DNA from: Thraustochytrium aureum
Lineage: Eukaryota
Length of the DNA stretch: 32,701 nucleotides
Direction: 5' to 3'
Assembly (NCBI GenBank): GCA_012862495.1
Contig: BLSG01000168.1
Coordinates: forward strand, 1 to 32,701
Made by a program: the position numbers and the translations under genes. The notes under the pieces are model-generated. The model was not told the origin of the DNA, made no database searches, and saw only the letters and a program-made list of their open reading frames with translations. Positions 9,501-19,600 of the stretch are shown here, piece after piece. The first letter of the stretch is position 1. Each line of letters begins with the position of its first letter.

Positions 9501-10541
9501 TGGCGTGGCGAGCACGGCGCTGCGGTTCGTCCCTGCCATGATTCCAGTCACTGAGGGGTAGAATAGCGCGATCATAAATACAAAGTTGGGCACGATGCCT
9601 GTCTCCGGATCGATCTCGTAGCTGGGCGACAGGTTCTCCTTCGCGGAGGCGGCCTTGGCCACGCCCTCCGGTTCCCAAACGCCGGCAGCAAAAAGGATCG
9701 CCCCGAGAAACATGAAGAAAACAGCAAGGAGGACGATCGCGAGGAAAAGCGAAGCCACTCGTGCGACGTACTTGACACCAGCAAAAACGATGATCCCTTG
9801 AGAAAGCGTCGTTAAGATCGCAAAGACTTGTCGGTCGAACGCGAACAGCTCGCCCTGGGGCACAAAGTTGGTGTAGATCGCCTCTACGCCACCCAAATTG
9901 TACATGGTGGCAGCGATTGTGGTGCCCAAGTAGAACAAGACACCGATGGACCCGCCGATCTCGGCGCCCATGGAGTCGAGCACGATCGCGTAAGGCCCGC
10001 CAGCACGGATTTCGCCGTTTGTGGCCAGCGCGCTCAAGCTCAGCGTCGTTAGCGTCGTGGAGGCCACGCAAATGAACACGACCACGATGGCCTGCACGAT
10101 GCCGGCCTGGCCAACGATCCAAGGCAATCGCAGAAACAGGATCACGCCCAGGATGTTTTGCAAGCATGGCAGGTACACCCCTGCCAAAGTCCCAAATTTT
10201 CTGACGACAACGTCCTCCGGACGGGCCGGGCCTACCAAGCCCGGGTTCCCCGGTGCTGAGTGCGCCATGTTGCCTTTCTTCCGTAGCCGCAGCGTGTCAT
10301 CGATCTTTATGCTTTCCTCGAAGTGCTCATAGAAGCTGTTCTGCCAGCGCAACCGCCCTCCGTCCTCGCCCATGCCCACCATGCTTCCCTCGGCAAACTT
10401 GTCGAGTGCCTCTTGGTCGTCCTGCGCGAGAACCCTCGCGCGATTCTCTACCTCGTCCCCGAGCGCTTCGTCCTGGCTCAACGTCTTGGCGACTCCAACC
10501 GGTGGGCTCGAGCTTGGCGCGTTGACGGATTGCATCTCCAT
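6517..10541 (-). CDS. Cation-chloride cotransporter (SLC12/CCC family, KCC-like); spans gap 7555-7706 and one frame change near 7510
   Basis: GTLAGVYLPCLQNILGVILFLRLPWIVG, LSLSALATNG, FYPSVTGIMAGTNRS, SLTGAPQLL, FRPTWKYFHW, WGD, WRPQILVL and IDVWWLLHDG. The family C-terminus (LNEKIREHS..LIVLNLP..EELTAGL..VIMLRGHGTENVT) is in ORF 6517..7461. Likely ATG at 10541. Confidence 0.93.
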
Positions 10542-10595
10542 CGCGCTGCTTCCGCTGGCCCTCTCGCGATCGGCCTCTCGCACTCGCCAGTGATT

Positions 10596-10638
10596 GCCTG
10601 GCTGGCTGGCTGGCTGCCTGGTTGCCTGCCTGCCTGGC
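10596..10638. repeat. Imperfect (GGCT)/(GCCT) tetranucleotide repeat upstream of the CCC start
   Basis: gcctggctggctggctggctgcctggttgcctgcctgcctggc. Confidence 0.8.
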
Positions 10639-11038
10639 TTTTGTGCTGAGCACAGGGCTCTCTTTGCCTTTGGTGCTGGTTGACGTCGTGGCAAACGGTG
10701 GTGGCGCCAACAATGCGTCCGGACCACGAAAGTCGAAGGCCGCTGCGCAGGCGCGTGTGCCCCCCCAAGCCGCCTCGTTTGCGCGCCTGCTCTCTGTTTG
10801 CCGCAGGGGTGGCTAGCCGAGCAACCGGCGCGAAAGTAAAGGGCGGCGGTCGGCCCGCAAACCCTCTCCGTTTGCTCGTTCACCGACCCGTTGCACGTTG
10901 CCGTCACACAGCAGCGTGGAGCCTTGAATGAAACAGCCCCCAAGCAACAGGACCACCCACCCCCTCGCTCGCTTGTTCGATGGCCCGCCTGCTGCAGCGC
11001 TGCGCGATTGATCGATCAGCACTGTGGCACTGTCTGCT

Positions 11039-11064
11039 CGATCGATCGATCGATCGATCGATCG
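11039..11064. repeat. (CGAT)n self-complementary microsatellite
   Basis: cgatcgatcgatcgatcgatcgatcg, a perfect palindrome. Confidence 0.9.
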
Positions 11065-11223
11065 GTTGATGAAGGCTGGTTCGAGCCGGGAGGCTGGAGG
11101 GATGAAGCTGGGACCGATCGGACGCAGCAAGGTCGGTTCGCCAAGCGAGCCGCGATGCTTCGCGGTTGGCGCCAGTGAGGAGCGATCTCTTTTCTTTATC
11201 TACGGCCAACCGGAGCTCGTCAG

Positions 11224-12630
11224 TCATGCGGACTCGTCAAAGGCAACCAGACTGGCGCCAAACTCAAAGAGCCCCACGGCGCGCGTTCGCTGCAAGACAG
11301 CCGGCTCGCCCTGGCGGCGCAGCGCAAACTCCCACATGCCCAGGGCCTCATGAATCTCAAACGTGTCTTCGTGCATAAGGAAGGCGTGCTGCCACAGCCC
11401 TGCGCCCGCCCCGCGCGCAATCGTTATGTCCAGTACATACTTGGCTTGCAGAATTCCAATTTGGAACCGAAACGTGCTGCCAAGCGTAGCGTTTCCGATT
11501 CCGCCGGGCGTGGGAGGTGCTGCAAACCATTCTGGAGCAATGGCGTCCATCGGGGTTGCCCCGCTGAAGGAGGCGCAGCTCCCATCGTTTGACATGAGCC
11601 CGCCCAGCACCATGTTCTGCAGCGTGTTGCCATACTCTGTAAATGCGCCAGTGAGGTAGGTGTACGGCGTGCCGTCCACGACGAGGGGCTCCTCAAAGCG
11701 CACGGCTGGCCACCAGATATATCGCCGAATGAACGCCCAGTTTCGGATCCCAAAATTGTGGTCGCGCGAGCCGTCCAGGGCGTTGAGCTCCACGACGGCA
11801 TCGCCCTCAACCCCGCCTTTAAACGTGACATGCCCGTCCACCTTGTCGGCCAGACTCGCGTACCGCTCTTGGTTTTGCGCGCGAAGGTTTCTCCAAAAGG
11901 AGGCGGTCCAGGGCTTGCCCGCCATCGCCCGGCCGGCAGCGAGCTCGTCCCAGTGGATTTGGTACTTGAACACGTTCTCGCGCCGCATGGTGAGGACGAA
12001 CGTGGCAGATACCTCGCGGCGCTCGCCGGTGGACAGGTTTTCCAAAACGCCGTCATAGCTGATGACCCACTCGCGCATCGGGTCGGTGCAGATGAACCGA
12101 AGCGTCCCGAGGCTGCACTTTGCCTCGATAGGTCCGCCTTCCTGCCGCGGCGTGACCATGCTTTGAAACTCGGCAGGCAGGTTCCAGCGCTCGCCGTCCA
12201 GCTCGAAGTGGAACCATGGAATAACCTCTGACGCGCCCTTTCCGTAAAAGCTCAGTCTCACAGTGTACAGAAATCTGGGCCCCGCTGGCTTGCGGCTAGT
12301 CGAGCCGTCTGCGAACACGGCGTCCCGAGAGTTGGCCCAAAAGTAGTAGTTTTCGGTGAAGAAGCTGCTTTCCTTCAGGTCCGCCCGGTCCTGGCCAAAG
12401 TTGTTGAACACGAGCTTGTCGTGGAAGCCCTCCATGTCAGCGTCGCTGGGGGGCTCTTTCAGCAGACGAGCCAGACGCGGAAACTGGCACAATGCAAAGG
12501 CTGCCATATCTTTGACAAAGCCGCCCCCGAACGGCGCTAGCTCGCTCGCGTTGTACGCTGCCCAGCGAGCGCTGGGCAGGGCGACGGCAGCAGCGACCGC
12601 AACAGCTGCTGCGAGCTGGGAAAGCCCCAT
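11224..12630 (-). CDS. Uncharacterised protein with signal peptide/anchor; probable AttH/CrtC/tocopherol-cyclase-like double beta-barrel, 468 aa
   Basis: Intact ORF with hydrophobic N-terminus (LAAAVAVAAAVALP). Aromatic beta-rich motifs ENYYFW, LRFICTDPMREWVISYDG and GSRDHNFGIRNW resemble the E.WYF / P...W / G.RDHSWG.R.W pattern of this clan. The fold assignment is from memory. Confidence 0.65.
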   Translation of the reverse strand: MGLSQLAAAVAVAAAVALPSARWAAYNASELAPFGGGFVKDMAAFALCQFPRLARLLKEPPSDADMEGFHDKLVFNNFGQDRADLKESSFFTENYYFWANSRDAVFADGSTSRKPAGPRFLYTVRLSFYGKGASEVIPWFHFELDGERWNLPAEFQSMVTPRQEGGPIEAKCSLGTLRFICTDPMREWVISYDGVLENLSTGERREVSATFVLTMRRENVFKYQIHWDELAAGRAMAGKPWTASFWRNLRAQNQERYASLADKVDGHVTFKGGVEGDAVVELNALDGSRDHNFGIRNWAFIRRYIWWPAVRFEEPLVVDGTPYTYLTGAFTEYGNTLQNMVLGGLMSNDGSCASFSGATPMDAIAPEWFAAPPTPGGIGNATLGSTFRFQIGILQAKYVLDITIARGAGAGLWQHAFLMHEDTFEIHEALGMWEFALRRQGEPAVLQRTRAVGLFEFGASLVAFDESA

Positions 12631-12998
12631 TTCTCGATGGCGTTGCCCGTCGTCCCACTTTGCTTGCCCTCTCTTCGCGCGCGAGGCTTTCCTTGGCCGC
12701 GGGCCGCCAGCTCTTTTCTGACGACTCCTTCGAAAGGGCGTTCTGCTGCAGCGGACTGTCGCCGGTCAGCTGTGGTGGCGTCCTCATCGCGATCATCGAT
12801 CCCGGAAGCGACGAAGAGTTCGCTCCGTGCGAACGCGAGATGATAGGACGATCACGCAATGAGAAAATGAGAATGACTCGCATGTCCATGGATGACTCGA
12901 CGACTCAACTGAAACTGCAGGCTTGCAGGCCACTTACCCACGCACTCAGCATCGGGCAGGCAGAGCAGTCACTGATTGGACAGCCCCGCGCGCTCGAG

Positions 12999-14384
12999 AT
13001 GGCGCTCAAGGGCGTCAAGGTGCTCGAGCTGGCTGGCCTTGCGCCTAGCCCGTACGCAGGTTTGCTCCTCCAGCAGAACGGGGCTGAGGTCATTCGCGTG
13101 GACCGACACGATGGGTCGCCCAAAGACCCCGCAGGCGGCGCCCTCCACATGAAGCCCTCCGTGGCGCTCAATCTCAAGACGGCGGAAGGCAAAGCCGCTC
13201 TCGTCAGACTCGCAAAGTCAGCCGATGTGCTGCTCGATCCGTCAGACCAGGCGTTCTCGAAAAGCTCGGGGTCGGCCCTCAAGCGCTCATGGCTGCCAAC
13301 CCTCGCCTCATCGTTGCACAGCTCACCGGATGGGGTCAAGAAGGCCCGTTCAGCCAGCTGGCTGGCCATGACATCAACTACGTTGGCCTCACTGGGGCAC
13401 TTGACGCGATGCGGCGTGCCGGGGAGACGGAGCGGCCCCTACCGCCCATCAACCTGCTTGGCGACTTTGCGGCAGGCNNNNNNNNNNNNNNNNNNNNNNN
13501 NNNNNNNNNNNNNNNNNNNNNNNNNNNNNNNNNNNNNNNNNNNNNNNNNNNNNNNNNNNNNNNNNNNNNNNNNNNNNNNNNNNNNNNNNNNNNNNNNNNN
13601 NNNNNNNNNNNNNNNNNNNNNNNNNNNNNNNNNNNNNNNNNNNNNNNNNNNNNNNNNNNNNNNNNNNNNNGCGGCAGGCGGCATGCTCTGCGCTCTAGGC
13701 GTGGTCATGGCACTGGTCGAGCGCGCTTCCTCTGGGAAAGGCCAGCTGGTTGACGTCTCAATGGTGGATGGTGTGGCCCACCTCGCCACGTTTGTGTTTC
13801 GCCTCCGCGCGGCCGGGGCGTGGCATGACGCGCCAGGGACAAATGTGCTCGATTCGGGCGCGCCCTTCTACGACACCTACATTTGCAAGGACGGCAAGTA
13901 CATGGCTGTTGGGTGCATCGAGCCGCAGTTTTATCGCTTGCTTTTGCGCGGGCTCGGCCTAGACGCGGACAAGACGATGCCCAAGCAGATGGACGCCAAG
14001 CGCTGGCCAGAGCTCAGGGCGCGCCTCGCCGCCCGTTTTCTCACGCGTACGCGTGACGAGTGGACCGAGGTGTTCTCTGGCCCACTGCAAGATGCGTGCT
14101 GCACACCGATCCTTTCGCTCGCCGAGGCACCGTCACACCCGCATATGGCGCGCTCCTTTGTGCGAGGCGAGGGCGAATTGGACGTTCAGCCTGCGCCGGT
14201 GCCGCGATTCTCGCGGACGCCAGGGTATCCTAGCGCGATGGGCAAGGGCAGCGTGCCGCGAGACGGAGCGAACACGCGCGAGATCCTCCTGCGAAGCGGA
14301 TTTTCTCGTGACGAAGTCGACGCGCTGATCGCAGGTGGCCATGCCGTGCAAGCCGCTCCGCGCGAAGCGTCTTCGAGACTGTAG
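12999..14384 (+). CDS. AMACR: Alpha-methylacyl-CoA racemase (CaiB/BaiF family III CoA-transferase fold), peroxisomal; 1-nt deletion near 13242 and gap 13478-13670
   Basis: [18 protein letters not shown], then DVLLDP(F)RPGVLEKLG after restoring one T. GHDINY and [10 protein letters not shown] carry the catalytic His and Asp. Also [48 protein letters not shown] and C-terminal SRL (PTS1). Confidence 0.9.
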   Translation: MALKGVKVLELAGLAPSPYAGLLLQQNGAEVIRVDRHDGSPKDPAGGALHMKPSVALNLKTAEGKAALVRLAKSADVLLDPSDQAFSKSSGSALKRSWLPTLASSLHSSPDGVKKARSASWLAMTSTTLASLGHLTRCGVPGRRSGPYRPSTCLATLRQXXXXXXXXXXXXXXXXXXXXXXXXXXXXXXXXXXXXXXXXXXXXXXXXXXXXXXXXXXXXXXXXXAAGGMLCALGVVMALVERASSGKGQLVDVSMVDGVAHLATFVFRLRAAGAWHDAPGTNVLDSGAPFYDTYICKDGKYMAVGCIEPQFYRLLLRGLGLDADKTMPKQMDAKRWPELRARLAARFLTRTRDEWTEVFSGPLQDACCTPILSLAEAPSHPHMARSFVRGEGELDVQPAPVPRFSRTPGYPSAMGKGSVPRDGANTREILLRSGFSRDEVDALIAGGHAVQAAPREASSRL

Positions 14385-14650
14385 TGGAGGCCCGGGCTCA
14401 GTAGCAAGAGAATATGCTCGTATTGGAGCGCTAGCTAGAGTTGCGTTTTGCTCGTACATACACCTCGAGTAGCTGCCTGATTCTGTGCCAGCACAGTTGG
14501 CTTCCCCAGACCCAAATGCACAGTCCTCTCGCTGAACCTTTGGAGCCGGCGCTGAAGGCCAAAACGTGCTCGCGCTTTACGCAGGCAAATTCTAAAACGG
14601 TCCTGGAGATTGGTTCACCGAGCTTTGCTCTCTCTCGTAGAGAGAGAGCT

Positions 14651-15844
14651 CTAGCCCGTCTCTCCTTTGGAGGGCTTGGCTGCGCTGGAACCCACTAGTT
14701 CCCGCGCGGTTTCGATCAGTCTGACGCACTCGTCTCGCGTTCGCGTGAAACGAGCCACGAGGACTTCACGCTCCTGCTTTGCGCTCCGATCCCTGGAAGC
14801 GGCTTGGCGCCGGGTCGCTTCAGCCTCTTCACGTGCAGCGCGCTCCGCAGATTGCGACTCGTGAAGCGCCTGCACAAGAGCCTCCACGGTGTGCGCGAGC
14901 CGGCCGATATGTGCTCGCGCGCGCTCGGCGGTTTGATAGGGGTCAACAGACATGTCGTGTTGAGAGCGAACAAGCCACTGCTTGGCTTTGTACACTCGCT
15001 CGGACGCGGCTCGTGGGAGATCCGCAGCACTGTCGATCTCCGCGTGTTCAGACAGGCGACCTTTTCGAATCAGCCTTGCGGCACCAGATGGAGACCGGCG
15101 CAGGGAACCAGCGGGTTCTGGGTCCCCCAAACCTCGGCGTCTTTCTGCCAGGGATCTACTTTGGTGCCCACCTCGCTCTGCAATCGCACTAGCGCCAAGC
15201 CTAGCCGGTTCATCACGTCCATAGTGGGCAGCCTCTGGGCTCCTATCAGGTTTCCTATCAAACTCAGCCAGAGGCTGTAAAGTACGGACAGGAGACGTTG
15301 CCCCAAGGCTTGCATAAAACACGTCGCCGGCCCGTTGCGGCCAACTGTGCTCGCTGGGAGGCCGCCATGGTCGTTGCAGAGTCTGACTTGTGTTGAGTGA
15401 GGCGAGACCGGCAAATGCGCCCCCTTTCAGAGCGTCTTCCCGCGCTTTGGGCGGCTCCGCTTGACGTGGCACTGCTTTCTGCTCCGGCGCCATTTCGTTT
15501 GAAGCGATCTGCCCTTTGGCGCCTTCAAGGCGGGCCAAGTACTCGTCTGCTTCGTCCATCACGCTCCGCGGCGCTGGCTGCCTGGGCCTTTCACGCTCGT
15601 GCAGCTTCCTCTCTATCGCCTCCCCCGACAAGGGCGACCGCGGGCTTCCCGCAATCGCCTCATAGGCAGCGCTGAACGTGCTGGGCTTGGCCAGGCCTCG
15701 CAGCTCGGGTTGCGACTTGAGAATCTCCCTCACGTGGTTGTCGCTGTTGACGCCCTTCAGCAGGGACTTGCGGGACACGGTCCCCCTGTCGTCGTGTCCG
15801 AGGGCCGCGAATAGCTCCTCCACGAGCCCAGCGCCCTGCGGCAT
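14651..15844 (-). CDS. Hypothetical protein with degenerate EF-hand-like N-terminus and C-terminal coiled coil, about 397 aa
   Basis: First ATG of ORF 14651..16066 is at 15844. ELFAALGHDDRGTVSRKSL resembles an EF-hand loop. LAHTVEALVQALHESQSAERAAREEAE.. has heptad character. It fills the space between AMACR and dynein. Confidence 0.55.
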   Translation of the reverse strand: MPQGAGLVEELFAALGHDDRGTVSRKSLLKGVNSDNHVREILKSQPELRGLAKPSTFSAAYEAIAGSPRSPLSGEAIERKLHERERPRQPAPRSVMDEADEYLARLEGAKGQIASNEMAPEQKAVPRQAEPPKAREDALKGGAFAGLASLNTSQTLQRPWRPPSEHSWPQRAGDVFYASLGATSPVRTLQPLAEFDRKPDRSPEAAHYGRDEPARLGASAIAERGGHQSRSLAERRRGLGDPEPAGSLRRSPSGAARLIRKGRLSEHAEIDSAADLPRAASERVYKAKQWLVRSQHDMSVDPYQTAERARAHIGRLAHTVEALVQALHESQSAERAAREEAEATRRQAASRDRSAKQEREVLVARFTRTRDECVRLIETARELVGSSAAKPSKGETG

Positions 15845-16668
15845 CCTCGCGAGCAGGTCGCCTGGATCTGCGCTATTCCGTCCATTGGCTGCCTGCCAGT
15901 GGGCCTCTGTGCCGAGTAGCCCCAGCGCAACTGCCGCGTCACAGGCTCCTCTGTGTATCGTCACGTGCCCTAACGGTAATGCACTTCTGCCGTGCAAGAA
16001 CACCTTTTTTTCACTAGTAAGGACAGGGCGCAAGAACCCCGGAGCCAGAGGACAGAGGCACGTCAATGCCGCAACGGTAACATTGCCCTTGCACCTCGCT
16101 CGACTTCCTGCAAGCGACGAGGCGGGCCTCCAGGGGCCGGCGATGGCCAGGCGAGCGCAGGGCCAGGCGAGCGCAGCGCAGAGGCGCCTTCTTGGCGGCG
16201 GGATGCGCCGACTTCAATTTCACTTCGCTCGCTTGGGCAGTCGGTTCACGCCGGGTTCGATGGAAAGAGGCGGGTTGTTGACGACTCGGAGGACAAGTCT
16301 GAAAGAGGGCCGTTGACGAACGAANNNNNNNNNNNNNNNNNNNNNNNNNNNNNNNNNNNNNNNNNNNNNNNNNNNNNNNNNNNNNNNNNNNNNNNNNNNN
16401 NNNNNNNNNNNNNNNNNNNNNNNNNNNNNNNNNNNNNNNNNNNNNNNNNNNNNNNNNNNNNNNNNNNNNNNNNNNNNNNNAGGCAGACGTGCTGGCAGGC
16501 AGCAGAGCGCGCCGCAGTGGCCGACTCGCGCGCGGGACAGCAGGGGAAGGACTCACAGGCTGCGCGCCGCTCCTCCAAAAGTAGGGGTCCTGCAGCACGA
16601 AGGCGGCGCGCCGCTGGCTGACCGACCGCCCGTCCGCTCGACCGGACAGCGCTGGCCCGGCGGCCGCA

Positions 16669-19600
16669 ATGGACGGCCGGGAGCAAGATGCCACACAGGA
16701 CGCGCAAAAGGGCAAGGCGCAGGATGTGGCCAAGGCGAAGGCCGACGGTAGCACAGCAACAAATGTGAGCCTGGGGTTCGAGTACCCAAGCGACAGCAAG
16801 GCCGCCAGCAGCAAACCGCGCAGAGCCAACGCCGAGCTCAAGGCGGGTGCGCGCCGACTCAACACGACGGCAAGCGAGAGCAAACTCAGCAAACTCAAAC
16901 GCAGGTTCCCGCAAAAGCTCCCTGGCATCCGCCAGAACGCGGCGACCGCCAACCTCCTGCCAGAACTCGACTTTCTGGGCGAGGACGGGCGAGCCGCCCC
17001 GTCAGGGCTGGGGAGAAAGACCCTCTCGAAGAGCGCTGCAGAGGACGAACGTAGCGAGTTTGACTCCGAAAATGCTGCTCTTGGTACAATCGAGCAAAAG
17101 GACCATGGCGCAGACGACGGCAGTCGCGGACGCGAGCAAAGGCCCTCTCGACGCCGCGCCGGCGCCGCTGACCCGCTCCCTTTTACTGAGAGCGTCAAGC
17201 ACCTCCCAGAGCTCAAGGACTCGGAGGATGTGATTGCGTTCTTTGCCCGCAACCGCGACGACGGCGATGCTGGACTCCGCGGGGACAACACTTTCGCCCC
17301 GCTCAAGTTTGTCACTTTGAACCGCCTCGACACCCAGAGGCGCTTTCGCCCTTACAGCCTTGTCGCCGTTGAGCCACGCCACGTGAATCCGAACGAGTAC
17401 TACGTGATGACGGCCACGTCGGTCATGCAGTTCGGCACACCGAGCGACGGCCGCAGCGCGGAGACGGGCGCGGGATCACTCAGCGATGAGGACAAGGCGT
17501 TTGCACAGAGTTCGGCAGCCGTTCTACCAGGCCGGCTGGGCAAAGCGATCCCGACCGACATCATGCCAATGTCGCAGTGGATCCATGAATCAACGTGCTT
17601 TCGCGTGATCTCAAACCTGGGCACTTTCAAGTACTACATGGAGCGCAAATCGATTCGCAAGTGGCGCGCTGCAGTGCGCTACAGCAAGTTCTGCCGGGTG
17701 CAACGGAAGGTTGAGAATCTCTTGCTTCTCGCCAAGCCGCACTTTCGCGAGGTGCACCATCTCGTGCTTCGCGAGATGGAGGCGCTTCTCGAGAGCCCGG
17801 CGTTCACCCTCGAGTCTCGTCGGTCCTCGAATTTGTCCGCCTTTGCGCAGCGCCAGATCGAGAACCTAGAAGGACGGGTCATGTCCCAAGTCGCGCAGAT
17901 CGGCCACACTCTTGGCCAGAGTGTGGTCCGCGCCACGCACGCGCTAAAGAAGGACTTGCGGATGCTGAACGACCAGCTTGTGCGGAACAAGAACAACCTG
18001 AACAGCGCAACCAAGAGCATGGTGGAGGCTCGCGTGGAGCGCGAGTCCACTCTCAAGGCGATCCAAAACACAGAGTACAACCTGCGTCGTTTGCCCGAGT
18101 TTTGCCGCATGCTCAACTACGTCGTTTTGGGAAAGCTGCTCGGCCTCATCATTGATTCCTACGAGACGCTCGTGGGCTTTGTGGCAAACCCTATTAGCAC
18201 GCACTCTGGCGTCTTCAAGGTGATGATCGAGCTGCGGCAAGAACAGGCTGCCCTCGAGGCGCGAACCGAGGCCGTGCAGCCAAACCAAGATGACCCAGAC
18301 GGGTCTGCGCCAGAGCTGCAAGACCCGCTCGCTGGCGTGTACCACGTCATGGACCCATCCGAAGACGAGATGTTCAATTCGTTCACTGACTTTTGCACCA
18401 AGCTCCTCGACACGGTGGACTCTTTTCCATTGCTCATGGTGCCCGACAAGGTCACCGGCGACGTCAGCGCGGTTCCGCCCTATGACCCTGACGCAAACCA
18501 CGCTCCAGTGGAGAACCGCATGAGCCCGATGACGAGCGTCACGGCGACGTGCGCCGACTACGACTCGCTCAACGCCACCTTCGAGCGCCTCTATGAGGCG
18601 ATCGAGCGCTCCTACCGAGAGGGCAACGCGTTCGGCGAGACGTTCTGCCAGCGGTTTCAGGAGATCTTCGTTGGCCTGCAGTCCTTTGATGCAGACCAGT
18701 ACGTCGCCCAGAACCTCGACTTTCTCACCTTGCAGAAGGATCTCTTCATGTTCAGCGACTGGGGCAAGGAGATCAACAACATGAAGCTCGAGACCAAGTG
18801 CGGCACGCTCATGGTCATCGAGACGCGCTCCTTCAAGGACAAGCTTCTGGGCTTGCTCAACCTGCCTCTCAGCACCTGCAAGGATGCCTAGAGCGACTTG
18901 GCCGCGACCAGGTCGCCGCTTTGGCCGACCAATTCCGCGTCGCATGCACCGAGCCTGGAAGTGGACCAGAACGCCAACCTCTCCGCGCACTCGGCCTACG
19001 TGGAGAACTTTAACCACCACCAGGCCGCGCAAAAGTTTCACGAGCGGACCTTCGACCTGATCCAGGACATCTACTCCCTGATGAAGCAGTTCCAGGTGCG
19101 CCACTCCATCGAAGACGCGGCGCGCCTCGAAGAGGTCGCGGAGGAAAAGATCCGCTTCGAGGAGTCGGTAGCTCGCGCGCGAAACTACATTGCAGCGCAA
19201 AACAATGCCTACGTGGACAAGCTCAAGCGCGGCATCAAGACCATGGAGGACTATTGCGAGCAGATGACGCTTCAGCTCTCGCGCGAGCCCTTCAACGACC
19301 CCGAGCAGGAGACAGAGGCCATGGTCGAACAGCTCGACAAGCTGCAAGCCAAGTGGGACGCCCAGCTTGAAAAGGCAAAGCAGTACGCAAACCAAATGGA
19401 GCTCCTTGTGGGCGGCAAAAAGCGCCCCGAGGACAAACCCTCTGTTACGTACAACTACGAGGTCGGGGCCGTCGAGAATTGCCGCAGCGTGCTTGAAAAG
19501 CGCAGAAACGTCTGGGGCTGCTGGAACCGCTGGAACCAGGACTACTTTCGCTGGTGGAATACCGACATCTCGGTCCTCCTCAACCCAGAGAAGAACGAGG

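Noticed and set aside
10542..10943. N-terminal extension of the CCC ORF (and similar extensions at 3719-3910 and 12660-12998)
   Set aside because: They read through microsatellite or UTR-like sequence and mostly use non-ATG starts. Homology begins at or after the downstream ATG.
18889..18891. Stop-codon readthrough or alternative genetic code in dynein
   Set aside because: TAG is a normal stop for AMACR and dynein here, and a compensating indel pair explains this site better.
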